A stretch of DNA of 60,180 nt, taken from the IMG/VR virus record IMGVR_UViG_3300047388_000264, positions 1-60,180 of that record. One strand, given 5' to 3'. Source of the DNA: a virus. Lineage: Duplodnaviria > Caudoviricetes. The position numbers and the translations under genes were made by a program. How positions within the stretch are numbered: the stretch's first letter is position 1; each line of letters begins with the position of its first letter. Shown here one piece after another: positions 36,436 through 46,164 of this stretch. The notes beneath the pieces were generated by a model, which saw nothing but the letters and a program-made list of their open reading frames with translations, was not told the origin of the DNA and did not search any database.

Positions 36436-37025
36436 TCATGCTGCCGTCTCCTTTGCGCGACTAACCATTTCTCTGCCCGCGTCCGTGATCCAATACGCGG
36501 TCGCATCGAGTAAGTTCTGATCTGATTCTGCGCTTCTCAATTTCGCAAGGGTGGTGCGCCAATCGCTTTGTGTTAGATAAGCCACGCGGATATGCTCATC
36601 GCGGCGCGTCTCAATTGTCGCGCGCTCACCGGCATCCCGAATCCTCGACTGGACTTCGATCAAGCCGTGAGACTGCAAAATATCCAAAGTCCGCTGTAGG
36701 GTTCCGTAAGTTGAGATCCTTCCGTCTCTCGCGGACGCACGTTCAAGTAAATACAATTGCGCGGAAGATAGCACGGATTTCATGACTGCTTTCCTCGCTT
36801 CGCCCATCGTATATTAGCCAACCCCACAGCCATCGGATTCTTGACTCGCTTCCCTTCCTTATTAGTGAGGCGCGGACGGTTCGTTTCTACCCAGTGCCGC
36901 ATCCTACATTTTTTACTGTGGTAAACCTGATCGGTCCTTTTGGGGGTGAACTCGATTCCACAAGCCGGATAGCGGCACAGCTTGGCCGGTAACGGGTCGC
37001 GCCGGGATTTGTCGGGAGAAGCCAT
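36436..37025 (-). CDS. Two ORFs: winged-helix-like 36436-36783 and zinc-finger-like 36780-37025
   Basis: YWITDAGR wing motif; CRYPACG.EF...YHSKKCR. Confidence 0.5.
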
Positions 37026-37035
37026 CGCTATCCGC

Positions 37036-37063
37036 ATTATAACGCTTTAGAAGGCGTTGTCAA
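37036..37063 (-). promoter_or_regulatory. Consensus sigma70 promoter with a palindromic spacer
   Basis: TTGACA-16 nt-TATAAT; aacgc...gcgtt inverted repeat across the spacer. Confidence 0.7.
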
Positions 37064-37151
37064 TGCTTAGTTTGTGAAATTCCATTTTCTCATCTGGGAA
37101 ATTTGCTGTAGGCCGCGCGTTGCGTTTTCGCTTTGCGTTCGCTTTTGGTGC

Positions 37152-37274
37152 TCAGTCCAGTTCCCACTCCGGCAGCAATTCCGGTTCGTCGTCCGAGTCG
37201 AAATCGTCGTCGTCTCCGTCCGGTTCTTCGCCTGGAAACGGTTCGTTTTCGGCAGGCCATTCCAATGGCGTCAT
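37152..37274 (-). CDS. 40-aa very acidic peptide
   Basis: MTPLEWPAENEPFPGEEPDGDDDDFDSDDEPELLPEWELD; ATGA overlap. Confidence 0.5.
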   Translation of the reverse strand: MTPLEWPAENEPFPGEEPDGDDDDFDSDDEPELLPEWELD

Positions 37275-37636
37275 TCCGGCCCATCCAGCGTCAACAATTC
37301 CTGCAACGGCTGATCGAGCGGCAAGCCCGTTCGCGAGGCGACCGCCGCAAGGTACGCACTGGTGTCGTTTTCGGTCGGAGGTGCCCACTTGGAAATCAAC
37401 TGCCGGAGCGTCATGCCGCGCGCCACGTCCAGCGCGACTTGGTGGTACAGGCCCGCGATGCCTTGCGCGACGGAAGCGAAGTGAACGTAGCCGCCCTCGA
37501 TCACTTGCGACAGGAGCCACGGAGCCGCGCGGAGATCGCCGGGGTTGTTCAGGCGTTGCGGCTTTGCACCGGGAACGTAGAAGCCCTCTTCGATGGCGAT
37601 GGCCGAAGCGATGGCGCGGATGGGATCGGCGGTCAT
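37271..37636 (-). CDS. Soluble muramidase-like protein, paralog of 7534-8031
   Basis: AIAIEEGF...RLNNPGDLR...FASVAQG...KWAPPTENDTSAY. Confidence 0.7.
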   Translation of the reverse strand: MTADPIRAIASAIAIEEGFYVPGAKPQRLNNPGDLRAAPWLLSQVIEGGYVHFASVAQGIAGLYHQVALDVARGMTLRQLISKWAPPTENDTSAYLAAVASRTGLPLDQPLQELLTLDGPE

Positions 37637-37826
37637 ACTCGCCTGCCCGTCGTTCGTTCACCAGCCACGCGCCATGCGTCCGCGCGCCGTTCTTTCGCTT
37701 CTTCACGCTCATTGAATCGAGCCAACTGGTAGGCAATTTCCAGAAGCGCCACCGTCTGCATGAGATCCGATTGCATCGAAGTGTCTAACTCGAATTTCTG
37801 CCGAAGCGCGGAAATCTGTTCGCTTG

Positions 37827-38216
37827 TCATCGCAAACTCCTGTCGTACTCGCGGCGCTTCGCCGGATCTTTCAAAATCGAATACGCCGCTGTGATGTCTT
37901 TCATGGCTTCTGGATTTCCGCCGTGATCGGGGTGATGTTTTTTTGCGAGCGCCTTGTACGCCGCCTCGATCACAGCGGGAGATGCGCCGCGCGTTACTTC
38001 CAGAACCGAGTACAGCGTGAGTTGTGGACGAACCGGACGCTGTGGTTTTGCTTTTGGTTGCTTCGGCGCTTTCCCGCTCACCCGTTTTGCGCGCGGCGCT
38101 CGCGGTCGCTCCAACTTTCGACGCGCGTCGTCGATCATGTCGTGCGCGTAATCGGTGAGCGTTTCGCGGATACGGTCGAACAGTTCGCCGATGGGATCGG
38201 GATTACGCGGAGGCAT
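37827..38216 (-). CDS. J-domain (DnaJ-like) protein
   Basis: LYSVLEV...IEAAYKALAKKHHPD...AYSILKDPAKRREYD. Confidence 0.9.
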   Translation of the reverse strand: MPPRNPDPIGELFDRIRETLTDYAHDMIDDARRKLERPRAPRAKRVSGKAPKQPKAKPQRPVRPQLTLYSVLEVTRGASPAVIEAAYKALAKKHHPDHGGNPEAMKDITAAYSILKDPAKRREYDRSLR

Positions 38217-38821
38217 CGTGCTTCACTCTGCCGAGGTAGCGAATAATCACCGACGACAGCGACATGCCTTCGTGCTCGCCGCGTTGGATCTCCGCTTCAA
38301 AATTCCGGCGAAGGAAAATCCCAAGCTTGTTTATCTCCGCGCTCATCTCAGTGTGCTCCCTGCGAAGAGTGGCGATGGCCTCGGCTTGCGCGGGCGTCAG
38401 GAGTTCCGCCGCGCGAAGCTCCACCACTTGCGCCGCGAGATCAGCGTTGCGCTCCAGCAAACCGGCCTTTTCTGTTTCGAGCGCCTTGATCTTTTCCGCG
38501 TCCGTAATGCGGCCCGCGAGTGATACGGTTTTGAGCTTCCGCTGACGCGCCGATCCAATTCGCGGTAGTGTTTTTCCCATTAAATTTTCCCTCCCAGTTT
38601 CGCCCTCAGCGCATCCGCGATCTCGAACACCGTCTCTCCGGTCACCTGCTGCGGCTTCCTTCGGCCCACGCGGTACGAACACACGATCATTCGCCCGATG
38701 AGATTATTTTCGAGCGTCATGTCGAGCTTCACGCCGCGACGGACGCCGCGCCAGTGCGCGGAGGCGAGCAGGGCGCGGCTGATCTCGACCCGGCTGTGTG
38801 GTGTGAGGATATCGGTCATGA
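38203..38821 (-). CDS. Two hypothetical ORFs (coiled-coil 38203-38580; about 38580-38819)
   Basis: Adjacent ORFs in the same operon. Confidence 0.45.
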
Positions 38822-39271
38822 GCACGCCTTGCGCTTGTCGGCGGTTTCTGAATCGACATACTCGCGCCATTGGATGAATTGCCCTTCGTGCCAGAATCCC
38901 CACTCGCGCGTGGATCGTCCGACAATCACCAGCGTCCAGCAAGTTTTAGTGAGCAGCGACAGTCGGTGAATGTGCTCCGCTGGAAAAGTGCGAATCCAGG
39001 GAGCGTGATAAATTTCAATCCAGGAAAACTCAGCGACCTCTGTGCTCAGCCATCGTTCTTCGCGGTACGAACCCCATAGTCCAACGCTGACGAAACGCTT
39101 CGGGTGGTCGTGAAGATCGCGGCTCCAGTCGTCGCCCACGAATTTGTGAAGGTAGACCTTGAGCCATCGCGTGCTCAGGATTGTCCAACGGTACAGGTAC
39201 GTCGGGCAACGCTCCCGGCCGTTGATCTCTTCCGGCTTGCCGAACAGCGAACACAAAAGTCTCTCGATCAT
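38816..39271 (-). CDS. Cupin-like phage protein
   Basis: YLHKF..DD...LHDHP...G.Y.E...HR...WGF. Confidence 0.65.
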   Translation of the reverse strand: MIERLLCSLFGKPEEINGRERCPTYLYRWTILSTRWLKVYLHKFVGDDWSRDLHDHPKRFVSVGLWGSYREERWLSTEVAEFSWIEIYHAPWIRTFPAEHIHRLSLLTKTCWTLVIVGRSTREWGFWHEGQFIQWREYVDSETADKRKACS

Positions 39272-39419
39272 TTCGCCGCCTCCACGCACTCTTGCGACCG
39301 CTCCGCTCTCGGCTTGCGCTCCGGTCGGATGAAAAGTTTGGTGCCGCACTTGTACAGGTGCATCGATTCCTGAATGCCGATGCGCGCGGCGTTGCAGAAG
39401 GGGCAGGTTAGGGGTTGGG

Positions 39420-40751
39420 TCATGCCTTCTCCTCAAAGCGAACATACTTCCGAACGAACTTCAGAAACGCCCGACCCTTCGGCCCGTTGCGTTGTTTTTC
39501 TAGCCGGAGTTCGTAATCGACAACATCGGGCAACGGGTCAACCGGCTTCGCATAGGGAAAAATCACAATATCCGCATCCTGTTCGATGGAGCCGGAATCG
39601 CGGAGATCGCTCAAGCGCGGAGGGCGATCCTGCTTCTCTTGCTCGCGGGAAAGCTGTGAGAGGCAGATCACCGGGCACTTTAATTCCATCGCCAGCATCT
39701 TGAGCCCGCGCGACATCTCGCCTACTTGCTCCGCTCGGTTCTTTTCCCGCTTCGATTCGAGCGACTCCATGAGTTGCAAATAGTCGATCACCACCATACC
39801 CACGTGACCGCGAGCGGCTTCCTTGCGGAGTTCCGCGCGCAACGCGAGCACGGACGCCATATTGCTTTTCCAAATCATCAGGCCGGGGTGATCATCGCTA
39901 GCGATCTCCTCGACCGCTACCGCGATGTCCTGACGCTCCTGCGCGCCGCATGTCGCGTGGCTCGCTTTTTTGAGATCCACCTGAGCCCGCGCGCAGATCA
40001 TTCGGCGCAAAATATCAGCGGAAGTCATTTCGAGTGAAACGTAAAACACTCGGTTCCAGCGTTGCGCCGCGTACAGCGCGACGTTCGCGGCAATCGCGGT
40101 CTTGCCAGCGCCCGGCCTTCCGCCGATGACCACGAGTTGCCCCGCCGAGAATCCGCCGCCAGTCAGTTGCATGTTCAGATTCGACCACGGCGTCGGGATT
40201 CCGGCGAGCGAGCGAGGCGAAAGAAAACTGTCGATGCCGCCCGCATTGTCGATAATTTGCTGCGGGGTTTCAAAGCCGCCAGTCTCGCGGCCCGCGCGCA
40301 AGTCCGAGATTGCCTTCTCCGCTTTTTCGAGAAGTTCCGGCGCATCCTCGGCGTCGATCAAAAGTTCGTCAATGGCTTTCTGGTAGGCGAAGATTGCGTG
40401 GCGCTTGGTGCTTTTGTCGCGCACGATCTGGACGTAGGAAGTAAGGTTTGGAATCTCCGGCATTCCCTCATCGAGTGACGTGAGGTAGGAGTAGCCGCCA
40501 ACGGCTTGCAGTTGCCCGGCCTTATCCAACTGCTCTGCGATAGTGAGCCGGTCGATGGGTGCGCCGCGCTCGTTCAGTTCTTTCATGCGTAGAAAAATGC
40601 GGCGATGAGATTCGATTGCGAAATCCTGATCGGTCAGCACGGCGGCTACCGCGTCGAAGTTTGCGTGGTTCAAAACAATCGAGCCAAGAATTGTTCGCTC
40701 GCTTTGGAGGTTCATTGGGAGTCCGTGCCGGTTCAGTTTTGCGTCACTCAT
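39420..40751 (-). CDS. dnaB: Replicative DNA helicase
   Basis: N-terminal DnaB domain; GGRPGAGKT, SLEM, IDYLQLM, LSQLSR, DLRDSGSIEQDAD, KQRNGP. Confidence 0.97.
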   Translation of the reverse strand: MSDAKLNRHGLPMNLQSERTILGSIVLNHANFDAVAAVLTDQDFAIESHRRIFLRMKELNERGAPIDRLTIAEQLDKAGQLQAVGGYSYLTSLDEGMPEIPNLTSYVQIVRDKSTKRHAIFAYQKAIDELLIDAEDAPELLEKAEKAISDLRAGRETGGFETPQQIIDNAGGIDSFLSPRSLAGIPTPWSNLNMQLTGGGFSAGQLVVIGGRPGAGKTAIAANVALYAAQRWNRVFYVSLEMTSADILRRMICARAQVDLKKASHATCGAQERQDIAVAVEEIASDDHPGLMIWKSNMASVLALRAELRKEAARGHVGMVVIDYLQLMESLESKREKNRAEQVGEMSRGLKMLAMELKCPVICLSQLSREQEKQDRPPRLSDLRDSGSIEQDADIVIFPYAKPVDPLPDVVDYELRLEKQRNGPKGRAFLKFVRKYVRFEEKA

Positions 40752-41797
40752 GTGTTTGTCTCTTTCGATTTCGCGGAGATGCCGGGCATTCTTCGCCTAA
40801 GCCGCTCCTCGATTTCCTCTAGCGTCTCAACCTTCTCGCCCTTGGCAAGTTTCTCGGCTTCCCGTTTTGCGCGACGCTCCGCACGCTGGCGCGCCTCTTC
40901 CGGCTCCGCCGCTTTCTCTCGCGCCAAAACTTCTTCAGTCGTCGGTAGTGGATCGACAAACGGCTTGACGCGTTCGGCCTTGACTTTGATCCGCAGCCAT
41001 TCCGAAGTTTCGAGGTACTTCCGTGGACGCTTGATGAAATCCGGGTCCTGGCCTTTCAGTTTTCGGATTCCGTCGATGGCCGCAAGTTTTTGCTCGAAGT
41101 CCAGATTCGGCCACACGAAATACGCATCGGCCCAGTCTGCGTCGATGGTCGCCACCCCGGCGTCATCGAAACCAGCGCGCAAGACACCGAATTGCTCGTC
41201 AAGATCCCACCGCTTCGCGTTGTTGCCGTTACGAGAAAATGCGGGCGCTACTGCTTTCTCTTTCTCAGAATCAAAACTACCAGAAGACCTATACTCCCCT
41301 ATACTCCCCTTTACGCGTGGGGGTATAGTAAGTCGAGACGGTGTCGAGACGGTGTCTAGACGGCTAGACGGATCTTCACTTACGGGCGCTTTATGGATAG
41401 ATGGTGTCGAGACGGTGTCGAGACGGTGTCTAGACATATCATCATTTACGTAACATGGCAGGAAGGTGTATCCGAGGTGTTTTTCGGCCCGCGAGAGCTT
41501 CTTTTTAACCCACTCCTGAGCGTGGTGATTCCAGTCGTGGATTATTAGACGATAGACTGGGTGACGGTCGATCCAGTGGACCTTAACTAAGGCTTCGATC
41601 AGCGCGCCGGGATCACCGCCCCAACCAACCCCGCGCGCTATCTGGACATCGGGCAATTTTCCAATATCCCCATTCATGGCGTAATCTCCGGCGTAGTGCC
41701 ATAGCATCTCCATGATGCCGTGCGCCGCATATATAGGGATACCGAGTTCCTCCGCAAGATCATGCATTTTGGGGTGCCCTACGGCCTCGTGTTTCAC
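40748..41797 (-). CDS. Replication initiator (lambda O-like position) containing iterons
   Basis: Immediately upstream of dnaB; N-terminal wHTH-like LW...G...IHDW..H; internal DNA repeats. Confidence 0.7.
   Translation of the reverse strand: MKHEAVGHPKMHDLAEELGIPIYAAHGIMEMLWHYAGDYAMNGDIGKLPDVQIARGVGWGGDPGALIEALVKVHWIDRHPVYRLIIHDWNHHAQEWVKKKLSRAEKHLGYTFLPCYVNDDMSRHRLDTVSTPSIHKAPVSEDPSSRLDTVSTPSRLTIPPRVKGSIGEYRSSGSFDSEKEKAVAPAFSRNGNNAKRWDLDEQFGVLRAGFDDAGVATIDADWADAYFVWPNLDFEQKLAAIDGIRKLKGQDPDFIKRPRKYLETSEWLRIKVKAERVKPFVDPLPTTEEVLAREKAAEPEEARQRAERRAKREAEKLAKGEKVETLEEIEERLRRRMPGISAKSKETNT
41288..41435. repeat. Iteron cluster / probable replication origin
   Basis: 11-bp GGTGTC(G/T)AGAC at 41340, 41351, 41403, 41414 and 41425 plus partial copies; 10-bp tandem cctatactcc at 41288. 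Confidence 0.75.
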
Positions 41798-41999
41798 CCA
41801 AGGCCGATCCCGGCTGAATCCAATGGACGCGGAATGTCAGCAGTCTTCATGTCCAAAACCCGCAAAGCCGAAGGGGGCGGGGTTTTGGATATTCGCCCCC
41901 GTCCCGGCTGTAAACTGAGCACCTCGTGGGAGCTACCCGCGAGACGTACCGCCCCAGTCAGAAAATAGTTTACCGCGCGTCTCCGACAAAAGCAAGGTT

Positions 42000-42206
42000 T
42001 TACTTCACGCGGATCGACTTGTCGAACTCGAACCCCGGCTCCGGTTCGCGCTTCACGCGCGGACGCGGTTTTGCGCGCTCTGGCCGCGCGGTCGGATCGG
42101 GAATCCCTAGACAATTCGGACAGTCAATCAACCTTGGATTGATCTCCGCGCCGCAACGCGGACACCGCTTTATGTTTTGAAATTTATGCGGGAATGGGTC
42201 ACTCAT
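42000..42206 (-). CDS. Small zinc-ribbon protein
   Basis: CPRCG...CPNC. Confidence 0.5.
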   Translation of the reverse strand: MSDPFPHKFQNIKRCPRCGAEINPRLIDCPNCLGIPDPTARPERAKPRPRVKREPEPGFEFDKSIRVK

Positions 42207-44538
42207 ACTTCACGGTTTCGTCTTCAGTGAAAAGCGCGTCGGGTTGCTGATTGGCGCGTTTCAGGTTCGCGATGGCCTGCTCCCAGTAGGACCGCTTCAG
42301 TTCCATTCCAAGGAAGCGCCGTCCCAATCTTAACGCTTCGTGCCCGGTCGATCCGATCCCCGCAAACGGATCGAGGATGAGATCGTGTGGGTTCGTCCAG
42401 AGCCGAATGGCGCGCTCGATAACTTCGAGCTGAAGTGGGCAAATATGGCGCTCATCTTCGGCCTGTCGTGCGCTTCTATGCTGGAGCGTGTCGGATGGGT
42501 TAATATCCATCCACACCGGCGAAGCGTAGTTTTGCCATAAGCCCACAGGGAACTGATCGGGGTCCTTGGTCACGCGCTCGAGGTTTTCGCCCGGCTTGCG
42601 CATCGTCACAAGGTAATCGGCGATGCCCTGCCGCGAGAGGCAGGAGTCTTTTTTTAGTTGCTTGTAAAGCAGCCCGATGGCCTTGGTCCGCTGCATCGCG
42701 GTCACTGGATCTTTCCAAATGCAGACCTCGGAATGGTAGATGAACCCGGCGCGCTCGAACATCTGAATCAGTGTGCCGCGAAAATCCTTGATGCCGATGA
42801 ACCCGTCAAATTGCTTGGACGCGGGCAGGTTCATGCAATGAAAAGAAAGCAACCGCCCCGGCATGAGCACGCGGTTCAGTTCGGTCACCAGAAACGCGAA
42901 GTGCTCGCGAAAGTCATCCACGGATTTACAGTTTCCCATGTCGCGTTCAGACGCCGAATAGGTGTACAGCGAAGCGAACGGTGGACTGAAAATGGAAAAG
43001 TGCACGCTGTTATCGGCATGGCCCCTGATGATCTCAATTGAATCTCCAAGGTGGAGGGCCCAGTCCCGCCCGGTAGCCACATCAGTCTCGTATTCGGAGT
43101 GCGTCACGGTTGCGCCGGTAACCTGTCGTTGCATCTCATCCTTCATGTGCTCCACCATTCCGTTCATCATCGCATCGGCCTGCTTTTCTTTCCGTTCGAT
43201 GTTGCGAACCACCGCGCCCTCTGCCGTGGAGGTGATCACATAACAGTCAACCTCGGAGGTTTGGCCGAATCGCCAGCAGCGCCGAATGGCTTGATAGAGA
43301 GCCTCGTAACTGTCCGACAATCCCACGAATGCCATCTTGTGACAGTGCTGGAGATTCACCCCAAGTCCGCAGATGGATGGTTTAGAAACCAGAACGCGAC
43401 GGGTGCCAGCAATAAAATCGAGAACCCCCTGCTCCTTGGCGTCCTCTTTATCGGCCCCGACGATCTCGACACAATCAGGTATCGCGGTAGCCAGTGCGTT
43501 GCTCTCCGCGTTCAGATCACACCAGACAAGGAAGGCATCAGCAGTCCCATTAGCGATCTCTGCCGCCGCCGCTACGCGCTTCTCGATAGTTTCGCGCCGG
43601 GCGTCCCTGCGCTCGGTTAAGGTCTGCGCTTCAACCGAAAACAGCAGGCCCTCCGGTTGGTACTCATGATCAACTGTGACTTGGTGGAGATTCAATTTGG
43701 GCAAAGTGAACGGGCGTGACCGGCCATCCCGGTCTACTTCGTCGCTGAATCCAAGATCAGACGGCTTGCGGATCGCCATGGCCCACGAACATACCCACTT
43801 CCAAAACTCAGACTGCGCGTGACGCTTCAGCCGCCACTTGGACGTTTCACCGCCGTCGTGGGTAAAGAACGTAGCCAGCATTTCCGTGCAGGTCATCACG
43901 CCCAAGAACTCAGCGTGGTTGCCCAGTTCCATATAATCGTTGGGGGCCGGAGTCGCCGTGGCGCACAGGCGATAGGGAATCAGCGCCGCGAACTCGGTCA
44001 GCGCCGCCCGCGTCTTTCCATCGAACCCTTTCAGGATGCTCGATTCGTCCAGCACGATTCCGCCAAGATCGTTGCCGAAGTGCTGAAGTTTCTCGTAATT
44101 GGTGATATCGACGCCCGGCTGCATGTCGCCATTCGCCCGGCAGAGTGTGACATTCACGCCGAATTTGTGACCCTCGCCCACGGTTTGTTTCGAGACGGCG
44201 AGCGGGGCAAGAGTCAAGACCGCCTTGCCGGTATGGTCCGCGATGTGTCGCGCCCATTCAATCTCGAGAAAAGTCTTGCCGGTTCCGCAATCCGAAAAGA
44301 TGGCACATCGACCCTTGCGGAGCGCCCACCGCACGATGGCTTTCTGGAAGTCAAAGAGCTTCGGGTTGAGTTCGGAAACCTCAATACCCACCTGCGGAGC
44401 GCGAATCAGCTTGCCATGAAGAAACGCTCCGTATTCAAGCGACCGTTCCGCGTACCGATCCGCCTCCCCCATCGCCGCCGCCCACGCGGGCGATTCGGGG
44501 CCGGGGGTGAATCGAGGATCGTTGAGGATGTCGCTCAT
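42199..44538 (-). CDS. SF2/SNF2-like helicase fused to a beta-class N4/N6 DNA methyltransferase (779 aa)
   Basis: CGTGKT, DESS, TATP, GVNLQ, RRCWRFGQ; then FSPPF, HICPLQ, DPFAGIGST. Confidence 0.9.
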   Translation of the reverse strand: MSDILNDPRFTPGPESPAWAAAMGEADRYAERSLEYGAFLHGKLIRAPQVGIEVSELNPKLFDFQKAIVRWALRKGRCAIFSDCGTGKTFLEIEWARHIADHTGKAVLTLAPLAVSKQTVGEGHKFGVNVTLCRANGDMQPGVDITNYEKLQHFGNDLGGIVLDESSILKGFDGKTRAALTEFAALIPYRLCATATPAPNDYMELGNHAEFLGVMTCTEMLATFFTHDGGETSKWRLKRHAQSEFWKWVCSWAMAIRKPSDLGFSDEVDRDGRSRPFTLPKLNLHQVTVDHEYQPEGLLFSVEAQTLTERRDARRETIEKRVAAAAEIANGTADAFLVWCDLNAESNALATAIPDCVEIVGADKEDAKEQGVLDFIAGTRRVLVSKPSICGLGVNLQHCHKMAFVGLSDSYEALYQAIRRCWRFGQTSEVDCYVITSTAEGAVVRNIERKEKQADAMMNGMVEHMKDEMQRQVTGATVTHSEYETDVATGRDWALHLGDSIEIIRGHADNSVHFSIFSPPFASLYTYSASERDMGNCKSVDDFREHFAFLVTELNRVLMPGRLLSFHCMNLPASKQFDGFIGIKDFRGTLIQMFERAGFIYHSEVCIWKDPVTAMQRTKAIGLLYKQLKKDSCLSRQGIADYLVTMRKPGENLERVTKDPDQFPVGLWQNYASPVWMDINPSDTLQHRSARQAEDERHICPLQLEVIERAIRLWTNPHDLILDPFAGIGSTGHEALRLGRRFLGMELKRSYWEQAIANLKRANQQPDALFTEDETVKYE

Positions 44539-45099
44539 AGCTGATCGGCTCTCTGACAGAAGATATCGTCCATGGTGAGCCTGAAGCGTACCGGCTCCCC
44601 CCGCACAACCGCCGTGATCCCCTTGATGCGGGCATGCGTCTTGTCGTACGCGCGGCGCTTGCGCATCGACTTTCGGCGCACGCAAATCTTACACGTTCCG
44701 AGGGCGCACGTGCATTTAAGAACGCGACTCATTCCGTTCCGCCCTTCTCTCCCCGCATCCTCCGGTCAGCCTCTCTCGCGCACGTCAAACACGCCCGCCG
44801 AAGGTGCCCGCAGTTGGGGCATGGCGCGCTCCACCATCGGTTCAGCGCCCACGCGGTTGCACCTATGGCAGCCAGCATGACGGCGGGAATCATTGAATGG
44901 TTTCCGCCTTCTCGTCCAAGTAGAGCACGATGGCCGCAATCTTCACATCGTCACGTTTCATGTAGGTGTCCCTGAGATCAGAATCAGACAACCCCATGAC
45001 CTTTTGTAAAAACGCCTCAGGCCCCTCCGTCTTTTTAGAGTCCATCGCAAGATCGGCCATCTCGTTTATCAGTTGCGCGATCCGCTCGCTCGGTTTCAT
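44535..45099 (-). CDS. Small hypothetical ORFs (44535-44732, 44890-45099)
   Basis: Overlapping short ORFs. Confidence 0.45.
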
Positions 45100-45350
45100 G
45101 AGAACAATTCCTCACTGGCTCGCACCTTCCCCGGCCCGGAACTCACCAGTAGTTTCCGCGCAAGCAACTTCCGCGTGTACTCGTAAATACTGGTGCTCTT
45201 GTAGCCGGTCGATGCCCGCAGCGCTTCGCGGTCCACTGGATCACGATACGCCGTGATTGCGACTTCCAAAATCTTCCGCTCGCCTTCAGTCAATCGCGGG
45301 AGCCAGTACTCACGGAGTGCGTCTCCGGTCGGCAGCGGAGCGTAATCATT
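45096..45350 (-). pseudogene. Severed C-terminal winged-helix part of the HerA-like ATPase
   Basis: Resumes NDYAP after the TSD; repeats the GERxIL...TGYKSTS.YEY.RKL motif seen at the end of 47154-48617. Confidence 0.85.
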
Positions 45351-45373
45351 GGGAATTATATACATGAGTATAG

Positions 45374-46164
45374 TTACCGTTTCTTTTGAGCACGTTTGGC
45401 TCTCCGTTTTTCGCGCCGTTTTGTGGCCTTCGCTTTTTCGGGTGGCCGGTAGCGAAGTACTGCGTCAGTTATCGCGTCTAACTCTTTGGGCGGCTTCATG
45501 GTTGTTCTTCTTCGAGTCGATGCTTTGCGACGTATTCACTCAGTCGTTTTGCGCAGTAGTGAGCATAGTCGAAATCTTTGAAGCGACCAATGACAGTCGC
45601 CGCATAATCCGCCTGACGCTGAACGACCAGAAAACGATCCGGCGCGTCCATATCGTCATTGACCACAAAGAAGGCATCCGACAGAAGCGCAATATCCTCG
45701 CCGTTTTCTATGAGCGTCAGCTTAGAGGCAACGTCCACTGCGCACCTCCTTCGGCCATTCAGAACGCGGCCATCGCCGGTTGTTGTCTCCGATTTGGACT
45801 CCTCTGTGCCCATAAACGGACCCCCCGTGACCATCCGGCAATCTGCAACACAACACTATGCCACTATCATGCTTGACCCAAATATACCCACAGATGAGTG
45901 GCGAGTCCTCTTGTTCGGTCAACGCAGATCCATCCCGAGGACAGAACTGATGGTTCTCAAAAGACCGGTAGTCACATTTCTCGCATTTCATCGACATAAT
46001 TACTCCAATCCAGGCCAACGTTTGGGCTGTTCTTCTATTTCTTTCCCCGGCCATGCGCGAGGGAGTGTCCAATCATGAAAACGCCAAGCCCACAATCGGC
46101 CAAACGAGACTCCGATTAATGGATGGGCCACAAGATGATGGGTCAGTTGCCAAAAGCGTCTCAT
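45374..46164 (-). CDS. IS passenger ORFs (46000-46164, 45722-45997, 45496-45834, 45374-45499)
   Basis: Located between the transposase stop and the distal TIR; overlapping ORFs. Confidence 0.55.

Noticed and set aside
41332-41435. CRISPR-like array
   Set aside because: The 11-bp units are contiguous, have no spacers and lie inside the initiator gene; they are better explained as iterons.
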